A stretch of 64,000 bases of DNA from Daphnia carinata (Eukaryota), in contig NC_081331.1 in the NCBI RefSeq assembly GCF_022539665.2, forward strand, positions 10,106,001 through 10,170,000, in the 5' to 3' direction. Of this stretch, positions 14,048 through 25,793 are shown piece by piece. The position numbers were made by a program, and so were the translations under genes. The notes beneath the pieces are model-generated. The model made no database searches. It was not told the origin of the DNA and was given only the letters and a program-made list of their open reading frames with translations. How positions within the stretch are numbered: the first letter of the stretch is position 1; each line of letters starts with the position of its first letter.

Positions 14048-15059
14048 ATGGATTAGATAATACAACAAAAGGATGGTAAGTATAAACATTATTATATTGG
14101 TTTTCAATTATTAATTATTGTTTATTAGACCACATTATGAAGCTGCAGGCCCAATTATTGGAACAACACAAAATATTAGATAACAGCAAAACTAAGGATG
14201 GTAAGGCCTAATACGTAATGATTCTATATATTTGCTTTATTCATTTGTGTTTTGTAGCTCAAATTTTGAGTCTACAAGCTCAGCTAGGAGAAAAGAACAA
14301 ATTGGAACAGAACAGTTTCCAAACAGTGAAGGAGGTTTTTCCAAACTCATCCCTAACTGAACATGAGGATGAATTGGCATTAGGCGAACATAGTCAGGTA
14401 CCTAAAATTTTCAAATAAGAATTCAAAATAAGTATAGAATTTTAACAAACAATTATTTATTGTTAAGTTATTCAGTCTACCACCTGACAGTGTGTTAAAG
14501 TTAAATTCTGTTAGTGCTGCTCTAAAAGAATTGTTAGTAATAAGTCCATGCAGCGAAGGAAGTGAACAATTGTGGGACCGTATTTGGGCTGAAAATGGGT
14601 GTGGTACGGAAACCCAGAAATAGCACGAGTTCAACATAAAACATGAATTAGGTACTTTTCGGTTTTTTGTCTATTGAAAAAGTATTTTTAATGCTATTAT
14701 TTTGCATTCACAGAATTTTAGTGGGGGATCAAGTCAAGTCTGGAAGTGTTACAGGATGGAAGAGTGAGCTTACAGTTGAAAAACACTGAAAGTGCATTAC
14801 AATTAAGGTATGAGGTAAAGTAATGGAGTATGCAAATTGTCTAAAGAGAAGTACCATCTTGTGTGAATGAATCCTGTGTAACAGCAATCCTTTATAGTTC
14901 TGTCACAGCTAGAAGCCTCAAATAATTCTGCTTCTCTTGCTAAAGAACAACTTGTCCTTTACATTCAGAGTGTTGGTGAAGCTGGGTACTTAAATGGCCT
15001 TAAAGATGTTTCGCTTCACTGGCATTGCAGCGATGCACATCATACATGGACTCTTTAGG
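14048..15059 (+). pseudogene. Spliced pseudogene of an unknown coiled-coil-like protein in the left arm
   Basis: GT-AG-bounded, in-phase exons 14048-14075, 14129-14200, 14258-14397 and ~14467-14651 (DHIMKLQAQLLEQHKILDN; AQILSLQAQLGEKNKLEQ). In-frame TAG stops at 14054 and 14621, where the right-arm copy has AAG and TGG. Confidence 0.6.
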
Positions 15060-15260
15060 TATGAAAAGATTTTTCTTCAAAAATTTTTGAATTTATGATG
15101 AAGCTTTTCTTCTCCTTTTTGCCAACCAGGTCTTATCTACAAAAAAAAAATTATCCAATAGGTAAGGATTTTCAGCATACTGGGAACACAACTATCAACA
15201 ATGCAACATTCTAGGGGTGTTATTTTATCATTCAAGAGCCTTATACAATGATGTTAATCT

Positions 15261-15943
15261 GCTATTTGTATGTCCTTTCCCAAGCTTCCACCAGAAGTTG
15301 AATGTATGAGTCATGTAAGTTACATGATCCACAATTGATATGTTTAATGGTGTTGTTTTTCTTTTCTCAATATAGGTTAATAGTAACATTGGATCTGAAA
15401 AGATTCTTGGTTGGGGCAAGACACTGAATAAATTGTATTGATTCGATGGATGACATGACATTTCTATACTTAATTTGGATTCCCGAGACGGTATTTTATA
15501 TTTAAAAAATTGAAGTGCATATCTGGGCTCCCTTCCTTTCCGTAGCCCCGTTTCCCCTTGACTCGTAATAAGCGCGTAGGGGGTCATGCCCCTACTGTAC
15601 GGGCTATTTGTATGTCCTTTCCCAAGCTTCCACCAGAAGTTGAATCTATGAGTCATGTAAGTTACATGATCAACAATTGATATGATTAATGGTGTTGTTT
15701 TTCTTTTCTCAATATAGGTTAATAGTAACATTGGATCTGAAAAGATTCTTGGTTGGGGCAAGACACTGAATAAATTGTATTGATTCGATGGATGACATGA
15801 CATTTCTATACTTAATTTGGATTCCCGAGACGGTATTTTATATTTAAAAAATTGAAGTGCATATCTGGGCTCCCTTCCTTTCCGTAGCCCCGTTTCCCCT
15901 TGACTCGTAATAAGCCCGTAGGGGGTCATGCCCCTACTGTACG
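15261..15943. repeat. 342-bp tandem duplication in the left arm only
   Basis: GCTATTTGTATGTCCTTTCCCAAGC starts at both 15261 and 15603. Both units end in GGGGGTCATGCCCCTACTGTACGG. Confidence 0.95.
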
Positions 15944-16435
15944 GTATATATAAAAATAACATATACCGAGGTTTGGAGGGCTCTGGCCGGAAAGGGGACG
16001 TGGGGTGCCGCTTAGTCCGATGATGTGTTCACGGAGGGCGATGTGGCTACCCACAAATCCGAACTAAAGGTTAATCGCTCCTGTAAAAATGTTCCAAATC
16101 TTCAGCTCTTCTTCCGGCTTCTCTTAGCCAATCACCGGGTAATCTCCCCGGTGGGTCAACAAGGCAGTGTCTCCCCCTGCCTGGGTTGACGGCAACTTTT
16201 GAAAGGGCTCTTGTGCCTTTTTAAAGTTGCAAAAATAATTGTAATGTGCAGAGAATTGTCAATAAATTTTTTTTTATAAAATATTTTATCCAAAATTTGT
16301 TTCTTTCATTGTCTGTGTTAGCCGTGTTCACACATTACATTTATCAACTTTTTTTTTTCTTCGCATTATTTGTTTTTGTCACCTTTGATGGTAACCTTTC
16401 CATTGGTTTATCGTTTATATGTTAGTATTCTATTA

Positions 16436-16500
16436 TTATCCAGTGATCGAACCCTGGATGTTCGGCACACTGCGCCGATGCTCTACCAATGAGCCATGAA
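16436..16500 (-). pseudogene. tRNA-like unit 1 (degenerate tRNA or SINE head)
   Basis: Minus strand reads TGGCTCATTGGTAGAGC (A box, paired D arm), TCGGC-gcagtgt-GCCGA (5-bp stem, 7-nt loop) and GGTTCGATC (B box). Acceptor stem is poor. Confidence 0.6.
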
Positions 16501-16616
16501 TCATATGATGTCAAGTTGGCTTTTTTCTAGTTACTTGTGGACTTGCATTTACACTTAGAATAAAAAGGAAATGCAATTCTGCAATATACTCTTCTACATT
16601 TATTCTACTTCATTTT

Positions 16617-16687
16617 TACACATCTACTGAGGTTTGATCCCAGGGTAACAGGTATCGCAACTGAAGGCTCTACCACAGAGCTATGAA
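16617..16687 (-). pseudogene. tRNA-like unit 2 (more degenerate)
   Basis: Minus strand reads TAGCTCTGTGGTAGAGC ... GGGATCAAACC, with A/B-box spacing as in tRNA. Confidence 0.45.
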
Positions 16688-16786
16688 CCTTTTGAAAGAA
16701 ATAGAAAGATAAACATATACTTGTGAAAGACTGCATAAACATCCTAGACGATAACATATAATATGCGATAATAAAACATTTAGATA

Positions 16787-16857
16787 TATCTCGTGGCTCA
16801 ATGTTAGAGCATCGGCGTTGCACGCTGAATGTCTGGGGATCGGTTCCCATACGGGTA
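16787..16857 (+). pseudogene. tRNA-like unit 3, tRNA-Ala(TGC)-like
   Basis: GCTC-aatgtta-GAGC D arm, TCGGC-gtTGCac-GCTGA anticodon arm, TGGG-gatcggtt-CCCA T arm. Acceptor stem is imperfect. Confidence 0.55.
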
Positions 16858-16944
16858 AAACAAAGTACAAAATTGCTTCAAAAAATATCCAGATATTACA
16901 TGTTGTTCCTTGAATCTAAGTGGAAAAATTCAAAGAGTGTAATA

Positions 16945-19431
16945 AATAATAATTGAATACTTACAGATAAACGATAAACCAATGGAAACAATGCTTACCA
17001 TCAAAGGTGACAAAAACAAATAATGCGAAGAAAAAAAAAAAGTTGATAAATGTAATGTGTAAACACGGCTAACACAGACAATGAAAGAAACAAATTTTGG
17101 ATAAAATATTTTATAAAAAAAATTTTATTGACAATTCTCTGCACATTACAATTATTTTTGCAACTTTAAAAAGGCACAAGAGCCCTTTCAAAAGTTGCCG
17201 TCAACCCAGGCAGGGGGAGACACTGCCTTGTTGACCCACCGGGGAGATTACCCGGTGATTGGCTAAGAGAAGCCGGAAGAAGAGCTGAAGATTTGGAACA
17301 TTTTTACAGGAGCGATTAACCTTTAGTTCGGATTTGTGGGTAGCCACATCGCCCTCCGTGAACACATCATCGGACTAAGCGGCACCCCACGTCCCCTTTC
17401 CGGCCAGAGCCCTCCAAACCTCGGTATATGTTATTTTTATATATACCGTACAGTAGGGGCATGACCCCCTACGGGCTTATTACGAGTCAAGGGGAAACGG
17501 GGCTACGGAAAGGAAGGGAGCCCAGATATGCACTTCAATTTTTTAAATATAAAATACCGTCTCGGGAATCCAAATTAAGTATAGAAATGTCATGTCATCC
17601 ATCGAATCAATATAATTTATTCAGTGTCTTGCCCCAACCAAGAATCTTTTCAGATCCAATGTTACTATTAACCTATATTGAGAAAAGAAAAACAACACCA
17701 TTAATCATATCAATTGTTGATCATGTAACTTACATGACTCATAGATTCAACTTCTGGTGGAAGCTTGGGAAAGGACATACAAATTGCAGATGAAAATCAT
17801 TGTATAAGGCTCTTGAATGATAAAATAGCACCCCTAGAATGTTGCATTGTTGATAGTTGTGTTCCCAGTATGCTGAAAATTCTTTCCTATTGAATAAATA
17901 TTTTTTTTTTTGATTAGACATGGGTGGCAAAAAGGAGGAGAAATGCTTCGTCATAAATTCAAAAAATTTTCAAGAAAATTCCTTTCATACCTAAAAAGTC
18001 CATGTATGATGTTCATCACTGCAATGCCAGCGAAGTGAAACATCTTTAGAGCCATTTAAGTACCCAGCTTCACCAACACTCTTAACGTAAAGGACAAGTT
18101 GTTCTTTAGCAAGAGAAGCAGCTCATACCTTAATGGTAATGCACTTTCAGTGTTTTTCAACTGTAGGCTCAATCTTCCATCTTGTAACACTTCCAGATTT
18201 TACTTGATCCCCCTCTAAAATTCTGTGAATGCAAAATAACAGCATTAAAAATACTTTTTCAATAGACAAAAAACCGAAAAGTACCTAATCCATGTTTTAT
18301 GTTGAACTCATGCCATTTCTGGGTTTCCGTACCACACACATTTTCGGCCCAAATACGGTCCCACAAATGTTCAGTTCCTTCGCTGCATGGACTTATTACT
18401 AACAATTTTTTTAGTACAGTACTAACAGAATTTAAATTTAACACACTGTCAGGTAGTGGATTGAATAACTTAACAATAAATAATTGTTTTTTAAAATTCT
18501 ATACTTATTTTGAATTCTTATTTGAAAAGTTTAGGTACCTGATTGTGTTCGCCTAACGCCAACTCATCCTCATGTTCACTTAGGGAAGAGTTTTGAAAAA
18601 CCTCCTTCACTGTTTGGAAACTGTTCCGTTCCAATTTATTCTTTTCCCCTAGCTGTGCTGGTAGACTCAAAATTTGAGCTTCAAAACACAAATGAATAAA
18701 AGCAAATAAATAGAATCATTACGTATTAGGCCTTACCATCCTTAGCTTTGCTGTTATCTAATATTTTGTGTTGTTCCAATAATTGGGCCTGCAGCTTCAT
18801 AATTTGATCTAATAAACAATAATTAATAATTGAAAACCAATATAATAATGGTTTTACTTACTTACATGCCAACTCATCCTCACGTTCAGTTAGGGATGAG
18901 TTTGGAAAACCTCCTTCACTGTTTTGAAAGTGTCCAGTTCTAATTTGTTATTTTCCAGTAACTGAGCTTGTAGACACAAAGTTTGAGCTAAAAAACACAA
19001 ATGAATAAAAGAACACAAATACAATCATTTCATATTACCATCCTTAGTTTTGTTGTCATCTAAGATTCTGTGCTGTTGAAAAAATTGAGCCTGCAGCTTC
19101 ATAATTTTATCTAATAAACAATAATTAATAATTGAAAACTAATAAAATAATGTTTATACTTACCATCCTTATCTTTTATTATCTTATCCATTTTTAAATA
19201 TTTTTCTCCAGCCACGAGTTTTTCTCCAGCCACGCGTTTTTCTCCAGCCACGCTACTCCATTAACTGCTAATGGGATACAATTAACTCAAATTGCTTACA
19301 TGCCTGTAATAACGAAACCGACTGATAGATGGCTACGGGTAGAAAAAAGAGAAAAAAGTACGATTTTTTTTTTTTTCCGCCATTTTTTTTTTTTTTTTTT
19401 TTATGTAAAACGGATTGCCATATTGCCATAG
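16945..19431 (-). repeat. Right arm of large inverted repeat
   Basis: Partner of 13842-16438. It lacks ~115 bp corresponding to ~14815-14927 and has an extra ~310-bp tandem unit (~18865-19160). Confidence 0.95.
17990..19192 (-). pseudogene. Second copy of the same spliced gene relic in the right arm, with a duplicated exon pair and a 3' deletion
   Basis: Starts MDKIIKDKD, with the same splice sites as the left copy. ORF 18259-18444 is its exon 4. A deletion removes one intron/exon junction near 18120. Confidence 0.55.
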
Positions 19432-20265
19432 TAAAACGGATTGCCATAAAAAATGAAAAAGTGAGAAGGCATATAGCCTTCCCACTTTTGTCAAAATCGG
19501 CAAAAAACGACATCTCTTGGAATGCGATAGAACTGACACCCTATAGTCAAAATTGAACGCTGAGTTCGATTATGTTAGTGGTTTTCTCGTTAAACCCCCC
19601 ATTTTTTAATTTAAAATGTTTGTCTACGTGTACTTCTAATTTGTAAGAGCAGTTCGTGGGCCGCTCCACGATCCGTCTTTGAAACCCCCCTGAAACTTGT
19701 GGCGAATCCGTGTTACAGACTGTTAGAAATCCAAATGGTGCCATGAAATGTGTATTTGCTAAAAATTCTTTTTCCCCTTCATTTATTCGTTTGCTTTTTA
19801 GCAACACTCAAAATATGGTATAAGATTTGGAAACGATTTGCCCCTTATGCACACAGGCACACAACACATTCAGATATACCTCTAAATTATATGAATGCAC
19901 AACACGAAGGATTTGTTTGGGCAATGCACGATATTTCGGTAAAAAGGGATAGGGAACAAAAAAGGCACGACTGCGCTGCGGCGAAAGGCAGCTCTAGAGG
20001 GATCGGGAGGCTCATAATCATTGGGGAAGGAATGCACTGAATCATTTTCACGTGTGATCGAACTATTTACAGTGTGTTACGGAATCCTGTCCGTTAACTA
20101 AAATCGTCGGGAGCGTAAATAAATTGAAAATAAACAAGAATAAAATAATCGAGACAACACTAATAATAAGTGGTAGTATTTTTTAAACATTAGACGGAAT
20201 AATTTCTCGATTTGTCTTAGGCGAACGTTATCCGATGAATTTTGTGCTTGTGGTGATGAAATTGA

Positions 20266-23200
20266 CTAGCGAATGTTTTGCTCTATCCAGTCAACAAAAA
20301 CGGGAATGTTGGTATAGACTCCCGGCAGTGACTCCCGAGCGCATCCGATGCCCCACGAGACCAGACCAATCAGCGTGGATCGACCATTACTTTCAATCGT
20401 CAATGGTCCTCCGGAATCACCCTATATTTACCACGGGAAAAAAAAATTGTATGTCAGCAAAATATTTAGTGCAAAAACGGATCAATTATATCTTCACCTG
20501 ACAAGAATCACGGCCTCCCTCTTTGTATCCCGCACACGTAAAGACATTATAGATAGTCTCCCTTCTGCCTGCGTCTTTATACCACTTCTGACAGTCGCTG
20601 TTGTCGATGACACGGACGTCAACTGCCTGCAAAACGTCCGGCACTGTCGCTCCACCTTTAACGAAAATGCCATTGAGAAAGAGAAAAAGAAAAATATTAT
20701 AAATAATAATGATTAATACAATTTCAATGAAAACTGAGGAAGGAGTAAACAACCGTGAGCTGTGCGGCCCCATCCTGTGACCGTTCCTGTTTGACCGACA
20801 TAACTGGCTTTGGCTGGTGGTAGACAAACCGGGATAATGTGTTCCTTGTACACTACATCGCGTTTGAGCTTCAATAAGGCGATGTCGTTCTGGAAGTCTG
20901 CTGGATTGTAGCTAGGGTGCACCTATTGGTGAAACAAAAACATTAATTTTCCGTATTTTTCAATTCGCGTTGGTTGAACAAAGTGAATTAATACTGCACC
21001 TCTTTGCGTTCAATGTCGTAGTCTTCGTGAGGTTGAGGTTCGTTGGTGTCTTTCATATTCCATTCGCCTAGTCGCACTCGAATACCCGATGTTGCCGTAC
21101 TATATTGAAACAAAGAGAAAACGAATAAAATTCCATCCAAATCGTTTTCAGAAGTTCTAAAGTGATACCTGTGCACGCAGTGAGCGGCCGTGATTACCCA
21201 GCGGTTGTTGATTAGCGCACCACCACACGACACCCTCCTGGAGAGGTAGCTTGTTTTGACAATCGACGCCTATTATATAAATTCACAATTATAAAGACGG
21301 AACAATTTCAATTTAAAAGTTAATTTCACAAACGTGAAGTAGAATAATTACCTGCCATGGAACTTTGCCAAAGCTTGTTTCGTGACCACCGACAATCCGA
21401 TTCATACGAGTATAGGTCAATCCGCATTCTGTAACCATTAGATATTTTGTTAGAGGAAGATTTTTGAGTTAAGACAAAAACTAGGACAATTATGAACAGA
21501 CAAGCGAAATACAAGCGTGATCTTTTCATCTTCGACGAGTTAATATTAAAATAATTGCGGTGAAGACCATTGTGGCTAATTGTGTGATATGTCTACAGTT
21601 CGGCAGTGATTGCGCTAACTACGTGCTGTTCCATAAATCCGGGTTCCGACGGAGGCTTGTGCTTTGAAATTCCCTTCGGTGCACCATCTCTGTAGATGTC
21701 AGTCTACTATTTTTCTCGAACCGACGGATGTGCGAGGCAACCGTAAGCACTAATCGTACGTGCTTCCAAATGTTTTGATTCAGTCCTACCACTGGGTCTT
21801 TCATATTGTGAGGGGCCACTTGAACTGGGACGTGTGGGCCTTAACAACAGGTTGAAAGCCGGTGGTCGAAAAAAGACCAAAGACGGACCATTCAACAGTG
21901 TCGGTCGTCGTGTTGTCGTCATCACAGGTGTCGTCGTCGTCGCTGATTATTTCAGACGTTTGATTTGTTATGTGTCAGTTATTACGTATACGTCACAACC
22001 CAATCAAATATGAATAATTTAAAAATCAAATAAAAAACAACAAAAAAAATCTAAATTTTTAAGAAAAGAAAACTGCATGAGGCCAAGGCCGATGCCCAGT
22101 CACAAGGCATTGTGAAAAGTTATTATAGTTGACAATGATGATTGACATGCGATGTGCTATTCAACTACTTAGTCTATAAAGGCCAAGGGCGAAATGATTT
22201 GGTTTTGACGGCTGGTCCGAAAGTCACGTCAATTGTTTCGTCGATTCGTTTTCTTCTTCGTCCAAACGGAAGGGAAGGGTGGAGGACAACTTACTTGCGT
22301 CATTCAGTGAAAACACTGGAGTCTGGACAGTATTCTCTTTGTCGGCGGAATGGGGCACGCAACACTGCCAGAGAGGGCCACCGTTGCAAAGATCCTTCGT
22401 CTTACCGCCTGCGATGGTGCAGGCTAAACTCAGGCCGCAATTGTACTTGACAGCCTTATACTCGCAGTTTGGTTGTATCACTAAATTTTGGTAAGTACCA
22501 TACAGACGTAAAAATCAGCCAAAATGAAGGCATGCATTAACAAAGAAAACAGGCAAAAATTAAAAACCCCTATAACACAAAAGCACAAAATGCGCTTCGA
22601 TGTTAACGATATTAAAGAGAGCGAGGGAAACCATCGGCACGCCAAAAAAAAAAAAAATGAATGAGCGGAAAACCATGGCAAGATGGTTGAAGAAAACGCA
22701 CAGACGCACCTAACCGACTTTCTCCTAAGCGCATATCGTTCTCACCCATCAGCCTTTTACGTGCTGACATGTATATGTAGAAAGAAAGTCACGCGGTACG
22801 AGAAGTGTATGGCTGCGTATATAGTTGACCAGCAAAGCTCTCACAGCTAGCGCGTGATGTAATGTTTTCGCTTTCCCCTACTCTCAAAGCCGCATGGAGA
22901 AAACGGGAGCAGCGGAACAGATCGGAAATCCGCAATCCGTGATCACCGTCAAAACAACAAAGATCGAGCTAATAAATGAATGCAGAGCCAGGAGGGAATC
23001 TCATCCATTTAACCAACAAATACTTAGAACAACACGGGACAAAAACAAGCGTCCAAGGTGATGATCGAGAAACATTGGCCAAAAAACCTTTAAATTGTCG
23101 ATTCACTGTTGGTTTCGGCTTCGGACGTTTGTTGCTGTTCTGTGTCGGCCGCTGGTCATGAGAAAAATGATTGCCTGGAGGTAGATCAGAAGGGAATTTG

Positions 23201-23676
23201 ATTGTATTCTTGTGTGGAGGCCTCTTGACGGGTGGCCCAGGGAAGTTGAGATGCGAAGGAATCTGCTGTGGCGGAGGAAGCGGCGAAGGAGGACCTTGCA
23301 AATGAAAATTGCCTCCGTGCTGATTGTAATGATGGTGGATGTTGAAATTCGGTTCAGGATTATTGAAAAAGTTGGGCACAACACCGTTGAATAGCGGCTC
23401 AAACGGCTTCAGAAAGCTGTTGACAGGATGAGGAAAGCGGCCGTTTGATTGTGCATTGGAAGGGTCTCGACGGCCATTTGGCGGATGGCGAAATGCCAGA
23501 GGAGGGGAGGATTCATCAACGATTTCATCGTCGTCCTCCGGAAAGAAAACTGTTCCGCTGGAGACCTCCGAGTCAGACAGGCTCGTCAACTGAGCTCTAG
23601 TCGTATCCAGGTCAGCGAGGAGTAGGACACAAACGAGGGCCACGGCCGCCAAGGGAGAAATCCGCAGGATGTTCAT
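20266..23676 (-). CDS. Clip-domain trypsin-like serine protease, short isoform. Exons approx. 23676-23088, 22480-22295 (clip), optional exon(s) near 21942-21760, 21428-21352, 21269-21169, 21098-21000, 20922-20755, 20655-20498, 20421-20266.
   Basis: Signal peptide [21 protein letters not shown]. Cys cluster C..CGLSLAC..C..WQCC. Activation site R|IVGG, then TAAHC, DIALL and DSCQGDSGGP, giving a full catalytic triad and Asp in the S1 pocket. Stop TAG at 20268-20266. Confidence 0.88.
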
Positions 23677-23869
23677 TATTGTTTACTGCCAAAACGTACA
23701 AGTGCACTGAATAGGATGTCGAAGGGATGGGTCGAAAACGAACCACAAAGTCGGAGGTCACTGTTGTTGGATTTTACGCCGAATCATCCGCAACACACAA
23801 GAGAAGGCAGGCTGGGGCTGACGAGAGCGGATATAATATTCGATCCTCCCCGTAGTCGCAACTAAGCTC

Positions 23870-23906
23870 AACTGATCTCAACGCAGATCGGTATACCCCC
23901 TTTATA
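23870..23906 (-). promoter_or_regulatory. TATA box plus initiator for the short protease isoform
   Basis: Minus-strand TATAAA at 23906-23901 and arthropod Inr TCAGTT at 23875-23870, ~30 nt apart. Confidence 0.65.
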
Positions 23907-25793
23907 AAGAAGTGCCGCAGACGGAGAAAGAGAGAGGGCGAACGAAGAGGAGAAGGAAGAATAATAAAAACACCACCTTAGTTTTTCCCAACCTGCCCTA
24001 ACTCAAGGCTTTGCTATTGGGTGGGTATGTGTTTTATTTTTAAGGGTTTCACTTCAAACATGGAGGAGGAGGTCGGCAGTGGTGGTTTCTTTTTCATGCC
24101 TTCAAGAGGGAAAACGAATGGGTGGGTAGCAAGGAGAAGAGAAACTTTCACCTTCTGAACGTTGGACGCACAACTTGGGAAATTTGTTGTCTACTACCAA
24201 CAACGCAAGAAGCAGAGTGGAGGGAAACAAAACACGATCATCAGATATGCAAGCAGGTAAACAAATACGGGCAGCGGGCGAACGATTTCTGGGTCAGCAT
24301 TAAAATAGATTTTAAAATAAAACTCGAGGCCTCTCTTACCCCAAATTTTGTTATCATTATATGTAAATTAGGCACAATCAGATACAATTTCAATTTGCCT
24401 ACTACCGTGTACGAGCAGCCTCGATGAGAGAAAGAAAATGATCGGGTGGAACTAACTGTAAAACTATAAGCTCTCACCAATAGGCTGATGAAGCAGAATT
24501 TTCCCTCGCTTTTACTTTTCCCGAAATCTAACGAAAATGGTTCGCCATTTATGGAACACAACACGATTCATTAACATTTAATTGTTTCTATGCGTTCATT
24601 TACAGCGTTGGAACAAAAAGGAAAGGAAAAAAAGGGAAAGGTAATTTGATTCTGGTGTTACCGGTAGTTGTAAAAATCAAATGAATTGCAAAAGTTAGAT
24701 AACCGATTGAAAAATTTTATCCCACCTACTAATTGCATTCCGAAATAGATTGCATAGAGTGAGTCGGAAACATGGCAACAAAAAAAAAATCTAGTCCATA
24801 TATCATATCGATTTCTAGACTTTCATCTTCTAGATCGTTTCATTTTCCCTTCAGGGTAACAATGGCACATGGCGGTAGATTGGCGATGAGGTCTGTCGTC
24901 TAAGAAAAAGCTTTCTTTCTCCAACTTTCTGCCTTCATTAATACTAGGACAAACCACCGTAGTGGATGGGAACAAACATATTTACCGCTCGCAATTCGGG
25001 ATCAACCTAGCTTTCTATTTCCCCCCCATCTGTCTTTTTCTCGGAAACTATGGGGCTCCCTTTTCTGACTTTAGAATAATATAGAACAACGAAATAAAGA
25101 AAAAAACATCGACGGAACTAATAGTAACGCACTCTATTCCTGTCGTGACCTTCACTCTGTCAGCTGGCAAATGCCAGAATAACCCGTGTCCGCTTTTTGT
25201 ACCAATAAACATTGATAGTACAATGTCATGTCGTGTACGGTGTACATGGTCAGTCACCGGATGGTCTGTATTTAGGTTAGAGCTAGTAACTTTCCTTTTC
25301 TCTCTCTATACATGTGCATTTGCGTTCCTCTTTGCCCACCCATTTTCTCTCTCTACCTTTTGAAGGCGTCGCTTTTCTTCTCATTGTTACTTTTAACACG
25401 CAAAAAATAGCGATACCGAGTCCGGTTTTAGGATGCTAAGATTCAATCAAGGGAAGATTATTAAGACTGACATTTTTTTTTTGCTGGGCGTAGCCGTTCC
25501 AAACCATTGGTCAGCAGCTGTTATGAGCATTTATTTTCTGAACCGTTTCTCCAGACAACACGGAGGATGGATGAGAAAAAAAAAAAGTTTGGTGCCAAAA
25601 AAGAAAAAATTCCCTTAACTTAAAGTAATTGCCTATTTGTTTTGATGCTTTCCCCTTCTCGTTTTCTCCTTAATCTAAATGTGGCTGCCACCAATGGTTT
25701 TCATTTCTCTCTCTTTGTATCGTTAACAATTCTACTGATACTATTTTTTATGCCCACAAAATTGAAAAGAATGAGATCAAAAAGGGGACTTAC

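Larger units (their letters stand above)
13842..16438 (+). repeat. Left arm of large inverted repeat
   Basis: Reverse complement of 16945-19431. For example, 15961-16019 matches 17371-17429 exactly, and the ORFs starting at 15962(-) and 17428(+) are nearly identical. Confidence 0.95.
13207..19540. mobile_element. Foldback-like, probably non-autonomous, DNA element with long modular inverted arms (boundaries approximate)
   Basis: Inverted arms 13842-16438 and 16945-19431. Flanking modules carry hairpins and direct repeats (13382-13466 ~ 19449-19534; 13270-13330 ~ 13784-13842). No transposase ORF or target-site duplication was recognised. Confidence 0.55.

Noticed and set aside
15228..15962. 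244-aa ORF with an internal repeat, and its 121-aa twin at 17428-17793
   Set aside because: The length comes from the 342-bp in-frame duplication, and the twin is just the inverted arm. It is antisense to the spliced relic and has no recognisable domain.
16787..16857. Functional tRNA-Ala gene
   Set aside because: Acceptor stem and T loop are degenerate and there is no adjacent poly-T terminator, so it is kept only as tRNA-like.
19203..19253. Three 18-bp tandem repeats (TTTCTCCAGCCACG), superficially array-like
   Set aside because: No spacers, eukaryotic context. It is a simple minisatellite within the right arm, not CRISPR.
21619..21690. Extra protease linker exon
   Set aside because: Splice phase does not clearly fit the downstream phase-1 acceptor at 21428. 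The clip exon can join that acceptor directly.
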